63,378 nt of DNA, filler included, from Hyphochytrium catenoides (GCA_900088475.1; 11 parts of 11 records of this genome joined end to end with filler, not necessarily neighbours in it), one strand, 5' to 3'; counted from the whole stretch's first letter, positions 13,454-26,059 are shown. Notes: generated by a model from the sequence alone, not told the origin. Translations and numbers: made by a program.

Positions 13454-14272
13454 GCGCTAAATCCAGTAATCATTTGGTCACCTGATGATGAGAAGAGGAA
13501 CACTGTTGAGCCACAGAAGGACTGGTCACTGCAGAGATTACTACTATTTAGCTAAATAGTTAGCTAGCTTGTCGAGCACAACATCGTTGTTAACCCTAAG
13601 ATCAATATAGTGTAATGCCCATCGTCCTAGGCATTGGGTTTGCTGGCTTTCTTACTACTTCCTCTGATAGCTTTGGCCCATTTTATTTATGAATTAGATC
13701 TTGTAGACCCTAGTGGCTATGTATCTACAGTTGCATTAATAGAGGAAGAAGCAGATGAAGTATTTTTTTCAAATCTCACCTCCGCTGCTAAAATTGTCGT
13801 TCGTAGTGGTCAGTGATGGACGTTGCTATTCTTTTGCTAAGCTCCTCCTCCTGTCCTCTTGTTCCGGCGATTATCCTTCAAGTCATTCTCACTCAGGAGT
13901 TCTTCGCTGTCGCAGGCTAGCCCGGCTGCCGGCCCTGCTACTACTCGTCACTCCCCGCATCTCCTTGTAGTTCTACTACAAGTACGAGGTTTAATACCCC
14001 TGACTGCGTCGTCATCATAATTGGTCTGTGTCTTCTCGCTTCTTCATCCTTCATCATCCTTCTCCTTCTGACTCCCTCATCTTCTTTGCGGCGCTAATAA
14101 ATCCAGTTCTTTTGTCACCTGATGATGGAGAGCACTGTTTGAGCCACGGAAGGACTGATCCACTGCAGGGATTATTATTGAGGTTGACAAGCATAACATC
14201 CTTCACCCTAAGATCCATACAGTGTAAATGCTCACCATTACAGGAAGCGGGTTTGCTTGCTTTCTTACTTCG
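13454..14272 (+). repeat. Diverged ~190-bp direct repeat pair (13454-13662 and 14091-14272)
   Basis: Shared blocks aatccagt, gtcacctgatgatg, gagccac.gaaggactg, accctaagatc, gggtttgct.gctttcttact. Confidence 0.7.
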
Positions 14273-14614
14273 TCCNNNNNNNNNNNNNNNNNNNNNNNNN
14301 NNNNNNNNNNNNNNNNNNNTTAATTAATTAANNNNNNNNNNNNNNNNNNNNNNNNNNNNNNNNNNNNNNNNNNNNCTCTTGCCCTCCTCCCTCCTCTGTC
14401 TCTCTCTTTCGACCCGACGTTATCTAGCTGTTAGATCTCCTATTATCTTTCTCATCACCCTCTTTCTCCCCACAATCTCTCTCTCTCCCCCCTCTCTCTC
14501 CCCCCTTTTCTCCCTACTCTCTCTTTCTTACTTTTCTCATCTCTCCCCTTCTCCCTCCCTCTCCAACTCTCCTCTCTCTCTTTCACTGCCTCCCGGGGCA
14601 AACCTTAGCCACCA

Positions 14615-15704
14615 ATGAGCTCACCAAGCCCCAAGAAGCCTCCACGTCCTCCGTCTGGACAGGGAGAGAGAAGAGTTTCTGGTCTTCAGAGGCCAAGCAC
14701 GCGCATTCCTCCCCCCGGAAGCCGGCTTCCTATCTCTCGCTCCAGCGGCAGCGGAGGCGGATCTGCAACGCCTTTCTTTGGATTAGCGCCAGGAAGCACG
14801 CACTACTCCTCCGTGAGGTCGGGAAACACTGATGCTCTCTCGTGTCTTTCCTCTCTCTGTCTCTCTCTCGTGTCTTTCCTCTCTCTGTCTCTCTCTGTTT
14901 TCTCTCTCTCTTCTTTCTCTCTTTCTTTCTCTCTTTCTTTCTCTCTCTCTTTCTTTCTCTCTCTCTCTCACTCTCTCTCTGTCTGTCTCTTTGTTTCTCT
15001 CTCTTTCTCTCTCTCTCACTCTCTCTTTCTCCCTCTCTTGCTGTTCTCTTGCTTCTTAACCTTCTACTTTTCCCTCACCTGACTTGTCTTCTTCTGCCTC
15101 TGTGTTTCCGACTTTGTCTCTCCCGAACAGGACGCCGAGTGAGAAATCGGAGGAAAGCAATGTGAGTCCCTCTCTTTCTTCCTTCTCTCTCTTCCCCCCG
15201 TGTCCGCTTCTGTCACACACACACTCTCTCTGTCTCTCTTTTTTGTGACCTTGCCTCTCTCTCTCTCTCTCTCTCTCTGAGGGTCGACTTTCGAAGCGTA
15301 TCTCTGCTTATTCTTAAACACTTTCCTTCTCTTGTCAATCTCAGAGCACAAACGGAGGAGGAGGAGAAGGAAACAAAGAAGAGAACGCCAATCTTGAGAT
15401 CAGCGCTGAACTACAAAGAGTCCAAGAACAGCTGAAGGGGTGAGACGAGAGAGAGAAAGAGATAGAGAGAGAAAGATGTCTACGGTTGCACATGACACTC
15501 TACTTAGATTCTGGGTCTCTCTCTGTCTCTCTCTGTTTCTCTTTCTTTCTTCTCTACTTGTTCTTATCAGTTTTCCCATTTGTATTGCCTATCCTCACTC
15601 CTACCTCTCTTTCTTCTCAGCCTGCTTACTTTCAGTTTCCGGGTAGTCCTCTTTTCTCTCGGCTCCATCACCGTCCCCATTTCTCCATCTTCTCCGTGGA
15701 GCTG

Positions 15705-15793
<89 letters not shown>

Positions 15794-15993
15794 CTCTGTC
15801 TTTTCCTGTTTGACAATTCGCCCCTTATTTCCTGGTTTCTCCTCTAAGCCTCGGGCGTCAGATGTACTCTTTCTTTTTATGTTTAGGCATCTTTCTCTTC
15901 TTCAATAAATTTTTTAACCAATTCATCTCCTGCTCCAGGCTCCTGATGAAGAAAAGAACTTCGCCAGCCAAAAGAGTCTCTCTTATGCCTGGG
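14615..15993 (+). CDS. Hypothetical protein, 5' exons (Pro/Ser-rich N-terminus then short coiled coil); partial
   Basis: In-phase GT-AG exons 14615-14817, 15131-15161, 15345-15439 and 15939-15993 separated by CT-rich introns. Confidence 0.55.
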
Positions 15994-16685
15994 GTAAGGA
16001 CCTTGCAAAACTGTCTCTTAGTCTCTCTCTTCATGATCACGCTTCTGACTGGTCCTATCGTCCCATTCTCCGTCTGTCTGTCTGTCTGCCACTCTCTCTC
16101 TCTTCGTCTTGTCTGTGTCTCTTTGACTGTCTTTCTCTGTCTCTCTTTCTGTATTTCTCTCTTTATTTTCCTCTCTGTATTTCCCTCTCTGCTTTTCTCT
16201 CTCTGCATTTCTCTCTCTGTTTTCCTCTCTCTGTATTTCTCTCTCCGTATTTCTCTCTCTGTAATTCTTTTCCATTCTTTCTCTGTCTCTCGCGCATTTT
16301 CTCCTAACACCTTCGCTTTGTAGAGGCCCTTCTTTCTCGTCTTTCGTTCTGGTGATGGATATACGCTTCTCTCACCTCCCTCGTCTCGGCATCGCAACAA
16401 AATTTTGTTTCTCTCCTAACTCTTCCGTCTCTTCCACTCCTCGCACCATTTTCCTCTCTCATGTTTCCTGCCTTTTCTCTCTCTAACTCTCTCTCTCTCT
16501 CTCTCACTCCCTCTCTTTTTCTTTTTCTCTCTTTCGCTCTCTCTCACTCTCCTTTTCTCTCTCTCTCTCTCTCNNNNNNNNNNNNNNNNNNNNNNNNNNN
16601 NNNNNNNNNNNNNNNNNTTAATTAATTAANNNNNNNNNNNNNNNNNNNNNNNNNNNNNNNNNNNNNNNNNNNNCCTGCGGGGAGG

Positions 16686-17001
16686 TGTTGAGAGCAGAAG
16701 CTGACAAGAGCTCTAAAAGGCTCACAGTTTCCAGACTCCATCTGACAAGAAGAAGAAGGCACAAAACAAAGTGTTTCAGAGTTATGAGAACTAGGTTTTT
16801 ATCATCAGGTAAGTCATCATATGACGTCAAGAAGTAGTAACTGGGGCTAATAGTTTATACGAGACACAGTTACTCTCCAGAAGAACTAGACAACGTGATA
16901 ACTAGGAAACAGGGTCCCATAAGCTCTTCATACTCACTTCGAGCATATCAATAGACCACATAACCTAATTAAGAGTGGTTTCAAATCCCATACAGTATAA
17001 C
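16686..17001 (+). mobile_element. Copia 3' LTR (family A)
   Basis: PPT GCGGGGAGG then TGTTGAGAG...TATAACA, 316 bp. Confidence 0.9.
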
Positions 17002-17234
17002 ATATGGGACCCTGTTTCCTAGTTATCACGTTGTCTAGTTGTTCTGGTGAGTAACTGTGTCTCTAAACTACTAGACCCAGTTACTACTTCTTGACGTCAC
17101 ATGATGACTTACCTAATGATAATACCCTAGTTATCATAACTCTGAAACACTTTGTTTTGTGCCTTCTTCCTCTCGTCAGAGAGATTCTGGAACTGTGAGC
17201 CTTTTAGGGTATTTTTCAGCTTCTGCTCTCAACA
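17002..17234 (-). mobile_element. Truncated inverted LTR (family A)
   Basis: Reverse complement of the first ~235 nt of the 16686 LTR, with substitutions. Confidence 0.9.
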
Positions 17235-17373
17235 GATTGATGAGGAGAGCCCAAGAGAGAGATTGATTGAGCCAATTGACAGATAATCATCATCAAGTCC
17301 CTTTGTTATATGTTCCTCTAGATAGAGAGCATCAGACGTTATCAACATCATCTAGCTCTGCTAAATTTCATCA

Positions 17374-17643
17374 GCAGGAGCTCCAGTGTCCACTAAGCAG
17401 ACCCATCCTCCTCGCACGTCAAGATAACAAGAGCACAATAACGGTCTGTGAGATGCCGAGACCAAAATCGAAAGATATTGATGTCAAGCACTGTGTAGTT
17501 AGGGATCAGGTGAATCGCAAAATGTTGAATTGCAACACTGTCCAACCAGGAAGATGACTGGCGATATTCTTACGAAGGCGTTACCTGCACCTCAATTCCG
17601 AGAACTTCTTCCAGAACTCGGGATTGTCCCTCCACTTGCGTAA
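17374..17643 (+). pseudogene. Copia RNase H C-terminus
   Basis: QDNKSTI...SKDIDVKHCVVRDQV, then after a frameshift MTGDILTKALPAPQFRELL. Confidence 0.85.
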
Positions 17644-17716
17644 GACAAAGTCTACCTTCCGGGGAGGACAAGGCGGAGGCCGATGGACACCTGAGAAGGC
17701 TGGACCTGCGGGGAGG

Positions 17717-18038
17717 TGTTGAGAGCTGAAGGTGACAAAGCTCTGAAAAAGCTCTCAGTTCCAGACTCTACCTCATAAGAGGGAGAAGACACAAAAACAA
17801 AGTGTTTCAAGTTCTCGTAACTTAACTAGGCTTTTATCACAAGGTAAGTCATCATGGGAAGTGAGGAGACAGTAACTGGGTCATGTAGATTTAATAACAA
17901 GACACAGTTACTGATTAGAACAAACTAGACGACATGATAAATAGGAAAACAAGGTCCCATAAGCTCTTCATACTCTTTCTGTCTATATCAGGACCAGATA
18001 ACATAATAAGAGTGTCTTCAAATCCCATACATTATAAC
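17717..18038 (+). mobile_element. Copia 3' LTR (family A, diverged)
   Basis: Follows the RNase H stop and PPT CCTGCGGGGAGG; TGTTGAGAG...TATAACA. Confidence 0.9.
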
Positions 18039-18982
18039 AGATTCCATCTCCCGCGCGGTTGACAACACTGAGACAACATCTGAGCCGGGAACCATCAAAG
18101 AGGCCCTAAGTGGCACTCACTCCGAAGAATGGAGCGCTGTTATAGCCAGCGACTTGGGAGGGGGACGTGTAGTGATTCTGGACATCCTACCCACTTACCT
18201 CAGGACACACACCCATCCTCCTCCTCGGTGACTCCACTGCCACCGAGTTCAGCCACTCACCTAGGACAGATCAGAGCTTCGCTCTATACTAATTCAGTCT
18301 GCATTTCCCCGTCTTGAACCATGGTAGCTTCCTCGATGGAACAACATGATGTCTGGGAGGTAGTTGAACGGCCACCGGACGCCAACGTGGTGATCGGGTG
18401 TAAATGGGTTTTCCGTACCAAGTATAAGAGCGATGGCAGTCTCGACCGCTACAAAGCTCGTCTGGTAGCCCAAGGATACAACCAGAGGTTTGGCGTTGAT
18501 CAAAGTGCTGTCGTCAGTAGTTATGATTCAGTGCGATGTCTTCTCTCATTGGCAGCCACATATGATCTCGAGATCCATCACGTTGACATCAACACAGCAT
18601 TTCTCCATGACGATCTAGAAGAGACGATCTATGTGCGTCAGCCTCCTGGCTTCGAGCAACCTGGAGCGAAGAAGAACATGGTCTGCAAGCTAAAGCGGAG
18701 AATCTATGGTCTCAAACAAAGTTCCCGACAGGGAATTAAGTCCTCGACGCATTTCTGAGTGATCATGGTTTTGAACCCAGTCTCTGCGAGCCATCCGTCT
18801 ATCTTCGCAATTCCAACGATGGTTCCAAATTATACAATCATCTCCGCCTTCGTTGATGACACACTGATATTTGCTCCAGACACCACCAAAGTCACTCAAG
18901 TCATGCAACTGCCCGCCAATCGCTTCGATGTCGCGGACCTGGGAGAATTGAAAGATTTCTTGGGGTTGAAGTTGTTAGAGAC
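18039..18982 (+). pseudogene. Copia reverse transcriptase fragment
   Basis: EPGTIKEAL, an insertion at ~18138-18318, then VIGCKWVFRTK...RYKARLVAQGYNQ...HVDINTAFL...IYGLKQ...FVDDTLI; frameshifted. Confidence 0.92.
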
Positions 18983-19121
18983 ATTTCACTGTTCCAACCA
19001 AGCCTTACTCCCTCAGCTAGGAATAGTTAGTACCCCACATACCCATAATTTGATTATCCTCTCTCTCAGAATCGAAATCCTCAATCTCTCTTACCTACAG
19101 ACATTTGGAACTGGGGGGAGA

Positions 19122-19326
19122 TGTTGAAGTATCGACTATCTGAGTCTTATTTTATAGGACTAAGATGTACAGACCAACTGTCCAAGTTACAGTCCCAAAT
19201 CCGGTAGAGGCAGAGATATGAAGGAAGAGGTGGACTCTAATCTTAGCTTTGGCTTATTACTAGAAGAGAACAGGTACTCTCTATTAGGAATACATCTCAG
19301 TACTATTCAGAATCCTAAATCCAATA
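19122..19326 (+). mobile_element. LTR (family B) with PPT
   Basis: GGGGGGAGA then TGTTGAAGT; similar to the reverse complement of 538-859. 3' end uncertain. Confidence 0.6.
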
Positions 19327-20135
19327 GGGTCCCACGATCTACTGTAGAGGCTACCCTTTCTGGCTTATAAGCCGAGCAGGAGCTCATATATCAATAGCTT
19401 TAGGCTCCGCCTAGGGCTCGCCCGACGATAATAGTGCCTAATCCACCCTTCGGCTGCATTATTAGTAGTGGAAGATGCTTCGACCACTGATTTAGTCGTA
19501 CAAGTTCTACTGTAACACTCGGAGCTCTTCACATCTTCTATCGATATTTCCTAGGTAGGCACACTCTCTAAAGGATCTCCCTACTACTCGTTCACCCACG
19601 CTCCCTACAGCAGAATAGGGAGTGAGTGAGTGAGTGAATGGCGAAACCTTCTCAACTCTCGGCTGCCGCAGGAGCCGCCTGACTTGTCACCCCCACCCTC
19701 AGCTTCTACAGCTAAAAAGACAGGATAGTCATCACGGCGAATTTCAGGTAGAATAAAGCATTACGACTAGCGTAGGAGTTACAACAGGAAACACGCAAGC
19801 AGGAACAGAAAATTAGAATGAACGTCCTTGAGAGAAATGGACGTAGAAGCTCTACAGCAATTTGTTCTATAGTTTATATTAGGAGAAAGACTTGGTCCAC
19901 TTGGCACTCAAGAGACTTACTATAGGACGAGAGAGTGATTATGTAACTAAAACGCCTCGCGTGCCTGGCGAGCGGCGCTAAGTTCCTTTGAGGAATGATA
20001 GCGTGAGTTGTTAGTCTTGTTCTGGANNNNNNNNNNNNNNNNNNNNNNNNNNNNNNNNNNNNNNNNNNNNTTAATTAATTAANNNNNNNNNNNNNNNNNN
20101 NNNNNNNNNNNNNNNNNNNNNNNNNNGAAGAAAGC

Positions 20136-20170
<35 letters not shown>

Positions 20171-20890
20171 AGAGACCTTACTCTTCTTCGTGCGGCACTT
20201 TACTTTCCTCTTCATTATCTGATGGCTTTCTTTCTCTGCCGATGTAACAGGAAGCCTTTCAAGCCAACGCTGCCATGGCCACCAAGCATAAGAAGAAGGA
20301 TGTAGAAGAAGGAGAAAAAGACGGTGAAAGTGTTGACAGTGCAAAGAGGAAAACAAGAAGAAAGACTGAGGACCAAGACGTCGTGACCAGCGGTTCTGAG
20401 GTCGACCTTGTTACACAGCGCTGACGGCTCCGCTGTCCTCACTTTGGAGATCCAGCTACTTCTCTTCCTACTGGCGGCCGGTGTACACCTTTTCAATGGT
20501 CCCGCTGGCTATGGAGATCGTGGACATCCTCCAGGGCCAGATTCGAGACTTGCAAGAGGGGCTGGCGGAGCTTCGAGGTGATCTGGTGTCGCTGAGTCAG
20601 AGTTTGAGGCGATGTTGTTAGACATTATGGCGAAGAGGAAGCCGCCGTATCTTTGCCTCTCCTCTTCAGCCACCACTTCCAACGAAGAATGTATCACCTG
20701 GACGAGCATCAGGCATATCACTCCAGAGTATTTTGCGCTACCTGCCGACGCAAAGCTGCGGACGACAGTCACGATCCTTCGCTCCTTCGCTCCGGGGCTG
20801 TACCAGGTTTAACTGCTTGTCAGTAAGCGGAACTACTCCTCGGCGAATGGGCAAAAGAGTGTCAGTCTCTTTGTCAACGCTGACTGTGTG

Positions 20891-22538
20891 GCGCAGTGTG
20901 ATTGTGACGATGGCAGCCGAGACCCAAGCACGCCAGACATTTGTCAGCTTCTGGATGTAAAGTCTGAAGCTCGGCTGGTCGCACGTTATCAAGGGAACCG
21001 ATCAGGTTATACTTCTAACGATGAGCAGCCCGCAACCAGTCTCTACGTTCTGCTTCTTCACCAGGATCCTATGGAGGAGGAGAAAGGAGTAGAGTCTAGA
21101 TAGAGAGACTCTGGAGAAGGAAAGGAGTGCCTGAGGAGAAAGAGCCTGGCTGAATGGTAGAGGTGGGAGAATGATGATGGATGAGACAAGTGGAGGACTA
21201 AAGATGTTATCGGCAAACAACGAGTCATAAGCAGATCAGTCTCAGCTACTTAAGAATCATGAGAAGAAGAGTCCGTTCTCACATGTTGAGACCAGACAAT
21301 TAACAGAAGAGTCACATGACTGCCGCCGCCTATGATTGACGTCCGCCCTCAGTTGCTCCGTTGTAGGATGGCTCTAGCTGCCAAATTGCTGGGCCGCGGC
21401 GAAAGGAAGAGTCGGTCAGAATCAACTGCAAAAGCCGCCCGCGCCAAACTCCCGACTGGCAATCCAGCCAGGGCACGGAGGACTGGAGGAGAAGGTGCGC
21501 CTGCTGATCCGCGCGAGGCAGACGAGGGGCCATGGTGGACTGACTACCCTGCTTAAGTCACGTGGAATAGATGCAAGATCACTTTGACCGTCGCCGCGTT
21601 CAGAACCACTGCGCGAAAGTCTGGAGGCTGTTGAAGCATTGCCAAAGCTCCAGGAGTGTGGAGATGGCTGGAGGCGCTGGCAGAGATACTGACGAACGGA
21701 AATCATCCAAACTCACCCCTTGCAGGCGCTCCCGTTGGACTACGGTGGCCGTCGGCAGCGCCTACAGAGGCCGTCGGGAGCGCCTGCAAGCCGTGAATTT
21801 GGATGATTTCCGTTGTTCAGTATCTCTGCCAGCGCCTCCAGCCATCTCCACATTCCTGGAGCTTTGGCAATGCTTCAACAGCCTCCAGACTTTCGCGCAG
21901 TGGTTCTGGAACGAGGCGGCGGTCAAAGTGATTCTGCATCTATATCATGTGGCCAAGCAAGGTACGCAGTCCACAATNNNNNNNNNNNNNNNNNNNNNNN
22001 NNNNNNNNNNNNNNNNNNNNNNNNNTTGGCGCGGGCGGCTCTCGCAATCGAGTCTGACCGACTCTTCCTTTCGCCGCGGCCCAGCAATTTTGTGATGAAC
22101 TTTCAGCGCGCAGTGTGATTTTGACGATGGCAGCCGAGACCCAAGCACGCCAGACATTTGTCAGCTTCTGGATGTAAAGTCTGAAGCTCAGCTGGTCGCA
22201 CCTTATCATGGGAACCGATCCGGTTATACTTCTACTAAGGACGAGCAGCCTGCAACCCAGTCTCTACTATCTGCTTCTTCACCAGGATCCTGTGGAGGAG
22301 GAGGAGGAGTAGAGTCTAGATAGAGAGACTCTGGAGAAGGAAAGGAGTACCTGAGGAGGAAGAGCCTGGCTGAATGGTAGAGGCGAGAGAATGATGATGA
22401 CAAGACAAGTGGATGGTCAAAGATGTTATCGGCGAACGAGTCGTAAGCAGATTAGTCTCAGCCTCTTAAGATATCTTGAGAAGAAGAACGGTGTCACATG
22501 TTAAGACCAGACAGTTAACAGAAGAGCAAGCATGACTG
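20891..22538 (+). repeat. ~430-bp direct repeats (20891-21322, 22108-22538) enclosing a ~700-bp fold-back
   Basis: Copies align by eye with scattered substitutions; inverted arms at 21383-21734 and 21775-22090. Confidence 0.9.
21775..22090 (+). pseudogene. Fragment resembling the gag-like ORF of oomycete DIRS/Ngaro-type elements
   Basis: VNLDDFRCSVSLPAPPAISTFLELWQCFNSLQTFAQWFWNEAAVKVI resembles a remembered oomycete repeat-protein motif; unverified. Confidence 0.35.
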
Positions 22539-22730
22539 AAGCCAAGCGATGAATCCACAGTCACGCCATGAGTCGGCTCCATACCTTCAAATAATGAACT
22601 AGTCAGCGCTCGCGGGCAAGGAAGAACGCTAACCATAAAAACCTCCAAGACCGCTGTAGGCGGGCGGGCGCTTATAGAGCCCAAGGAAGGTTAAGAGGTC
22701 AACTATGCTCATCCTTGTCTAGCTCCTCTT
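22539..22730 (-). pseudogene. Decayed copy of the last two exons of the NUDT5-like gene
   Basis: ELDKDEHS*PL...GLYKR and PTHGVTVDSSLGF versus DLDKDEHIWPL...GLYKR and ATHGLAVDSKLAF in the intact gene. Confidence 0.7.
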
Positions 22731-24170
22731 TGTTGAAGACGCAGACGCAATAAGAAAGAGAGCCAAAGAGGACGAAAGTCGTAGAAGTGGTGGGCGGAGC
22801 CTCACTCAACGAGAGGGAGAAGGAAAGTGAGAAGAGAGGAGGACAATGTAAGGAAGTAAGAAGGTTAGCGACAGGATAAGCGGATGAAGGTAGACCAAGC
22901 TGCTAAGTGAAAGAGGTCCCAGTACGTCGGTAGGTTCCAGCGTCTACATAGCTAGTAAAGATGTATGAGACAGAGGGTCAGTACTTTTCAGGTGAGAGAG
23001 CGCAAGAGAAGGCGAATGTGAGAGAATGAAAAGAAAGAAGGAAGCAGACGCTTTGCAGACTGAGTGGACTGATGAAGGCTCCGTTAGACACCGCCTTGGT
23101 ATCTAAAGGAAGAAGCTGTCAGCGATGGTGCGACAGAAAGCCCATCGCCGCCGCAGCAGAGATTTTCAAAAGGCAGCGGTCGACCTAGAGCTCTCAGTAC
23201 TGCGCTTCAAGTCCCAGCCGGCCACGGACACCTGCTGAGTCCAGCTTAGAGCGTCAGGGGACCACCTCACCCGAACTATCTGGATGAAGCGCAAGCGGTC
23301 GACGGTGTAGAGAGAGTAGTAGGAGGTAAGATGGCCGCTGGGAAGAATGAAGCCAAAAGCGACGAGAGGGAAACGATGCTCCATAGTCTTTGTCGGGGCT
23401 TCCCACCTGTCTTCTTCTGTGTCGTCGCTCTATAATCCGTTTCTTCGTCGCTCTACCTAGCTTCCCCTACTTCTCCGTTTCTCCTTCTCTGTCGTCACAC
23501 AGTGCGTGTTCCCTTGAAGGAGTGGGAATCCATTCGCCGTTATCATCGCCGCTGCTCTTCTCGGTCAGTTTCCATCTCGTCTATAACGTCTTCTGTTCCT
23601 GGCATGAATGGCTCGTACGTCCTTCTCTTCGTCTTCCTCCGTTCTGCACTTCTTTCCTTGTTTGTTAGCTGCTTCTTCTTCTTGCTTTTAGCTTCTCCTG
23701 GAACATTCATTGTCGTCCGATAGTCTTGACCATTCGTGAAGAACTAGAGGAGCAGAGCCCGCTTCTTCATTAGTGTGCCGGCTGCTATCAGTAGCATCAG
23801 TAGAGAAGAGAGTCCAAGAGTTTCCTCTTACCCTGAGGTGTTCCTAGCGTCATAGTCTGCACAGCAGATCAGTTTGACATTCTTTGAAAGTGCCGTCAAT
23901 CGTTGCCAGGAATAGACGGCGATCATAAAGAGATAGCCTAAGTACATGAGAAGAGAGATGAAGAGAAAGAGTCTCTTTGTCTGTCGTGCAGCAGAGATCT
24001 GGCAGGGTAGTGCCGATGATTGTTAGCCTTAAATCTGCCGCAGGTGATGAGGATAGTTAGCCACGGAAGCATCATAACATAACGGCGCCGCTTAGTAACC
24101 TCAAACTATCTGTTAGGGCTAACATTGATGCTCGTCACCTACAAAAGAACCTATGGAGTCGTGCTCCTCA

Positions 24171-25517
24171 TCACTCTAATTCATCGATCCACGGGCCATT
24201 GTCGTGCGCTTGGATCTTCCCAGAGAGCTCCGCAAAGACAGCATCTGGTAGATTGCCTCGTAGAAATTGCACCAGCGTCCTTCGGTCGAAGTCTGGAGGG
24301 CCTTTCGGGACATAATCCTGCTTCATATATCCTTCCTTCAACGACTTATCGGCTTTCTCCGCCAAGGTCATTGCTAACATCCACCAATCTATTGCTGGAC
24401 TTCCCGAGCTCGAAGACTCTTTCCAACGCAGGTCTGTTGGCAGATAGGGAACCGTAGAGTGTGTCCAGTCTCCAAAGGGAACGAGGCTGCCGAAGTCAAT
24501 CAAAATGAACTTCCTTTGGTGAAGGCATATGTTGGAGGGCTTCACGTCCATGAAGGCGACACCAAGATCATGGATAAACTGCAATGCCGAGCTCAGCTGC
24601 TGCCAGAACTCAATGACGTGGTGTTCGTCAAGGTAGGGGATGTGTGCTAGAGTGCTCCCATACCTCGGCATGATCATATACAGCTTCGACTGACTGTGAG
24701 AGTAAAGCTCAAAGTCGGATATGTTGTCATGCTTTCTGTTCTCTAGCACGCGCAGAAAATGCTCCGCTCGCTTGTTCTCGAGAGTGCTCAGAGGCTTAAT
24801 AACCATTTCCACGAGGTCGCGATAGCATGCTGTCAAGACATTCTCAAAAAAGTAGCGTGGATCATTAGCTATGATAAAGCCCTTCGCACGCAAGTCCATG
24901 ATAGTGGCTGTCGCGGGGAGTAGACCAGCCATGTAATAGACCTCTGCAGCAAGGCTCGAGCTCTGCGTTTGAAGGGCGTAAGACAGCTGAGATGAATACC
25001 GAAGCTCCATTCGACGCACGATCCACGGGGTCCAGCTCCATCCATCGATATTCCTTGCTGAAGGTTATCAGCTGCTCAATAGTACCGGCGTAGGTACTAC
25101 ATCGTCGTGCACCTCGCGATAGAAGCAGATCCTCTTCTCCTCTTCCCGTAACTGTCTCTCAGAGAGAGCGTTCTCCTTCCGCCTTAGCGCTAACTCGTGC
25201 TGCCTTAGCTCACAGTGGTCACCATATTGTAGCTTCTCTATATCAGTCCACTGCGAGTGTGGGGTCGAGAGAAGGCGCGTCATATCAACAATCTCCTGTT
25301 GCACTTGATCGATCTCTTCCTGGAGTGTCTTGGTACGCTGACTACGGTATGCAGGAGCGTCTCGCTGGCTGCTTTTGCTGCTCCTGCCACTGCTACTAGT
25401 TTCAGGAGAGTCCATACTACTCGCTGTGTCCCCAGTGCTGAGCACGTCACCCGCTGCTGCCTTGTCTTCCGAAGCAGACCGATGCAGAGATGGAGAACAA
25501 CTCAAAGTACGACGCAA
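24171..25517 (-). pseudogene. Ser/Thr protein kinase of Crinkler-associated type, frameshifted upstream of the kinase domain
   Basis: Intronless 282-aa ORF with VIKP, FMDVKPSNI, LIDFGS and DWWMLAMTL. The upstream coiled-coil ORF is separated by TGA-TAA at 25065-25070, while another frame reads IEQLITFSKEYRWMELDPVD across the junction. Confidence 0.75.
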
Positions 25518-26059
25518 TCGTCACCGCCAAAAAGGAACTCTGCAACGCAAGCAGTAGAGCTCAACCATGCGCTTTCCTCCGATGTCGAACCTGGTCATCA
25601 TCATCATCGCCATTCTCTGGGCCTCTGAGGCACTTCACCTCTTCTTCAGATTCTTGGAGGCAGCGGACGAATCGAGAGACTGGTAGTTGAAAGGGTAAAA
25701 CGGTACTGCAACCCCAGCCGTTGAACCCTTATTCCATACTGATTATGAATAGGCGCCTTGAATAGAGAGGAGGTTTAGGATAAGACATGATACTATACCA
25801 AATACAGGCATGAAGCCTGATGGTACCTATCCTACCCGGACCACGATGCTTCTTCTTGGGAACCAGAGGCTATATTCTAGTTACTCATGCAGACGATCTT
25901 CTCACAGACTGTTGGCAAAACAGAGAACACGCCCTTCCTGGTTCTGTTTCCCGTCGCTCCAGAAGAGGACGTGGGAAGCTTACTTAGAAGGGTAGAGAGT
26001 GTAAGCAGAAACCTCCTTACGCAAGCAAGTTGCCCTCTAAGACTCTATTAATCATTCAT

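Noticed and set aside
14783-16507. Long SLSLSL and RERERE ORFs here and at 36284-37028, 46880-48373, 56345-58428 and 59294-60526
   Set aside because: Translations of CT/GA microsatellites in introns or intergenic DNA, or antisense shadows of real exons.
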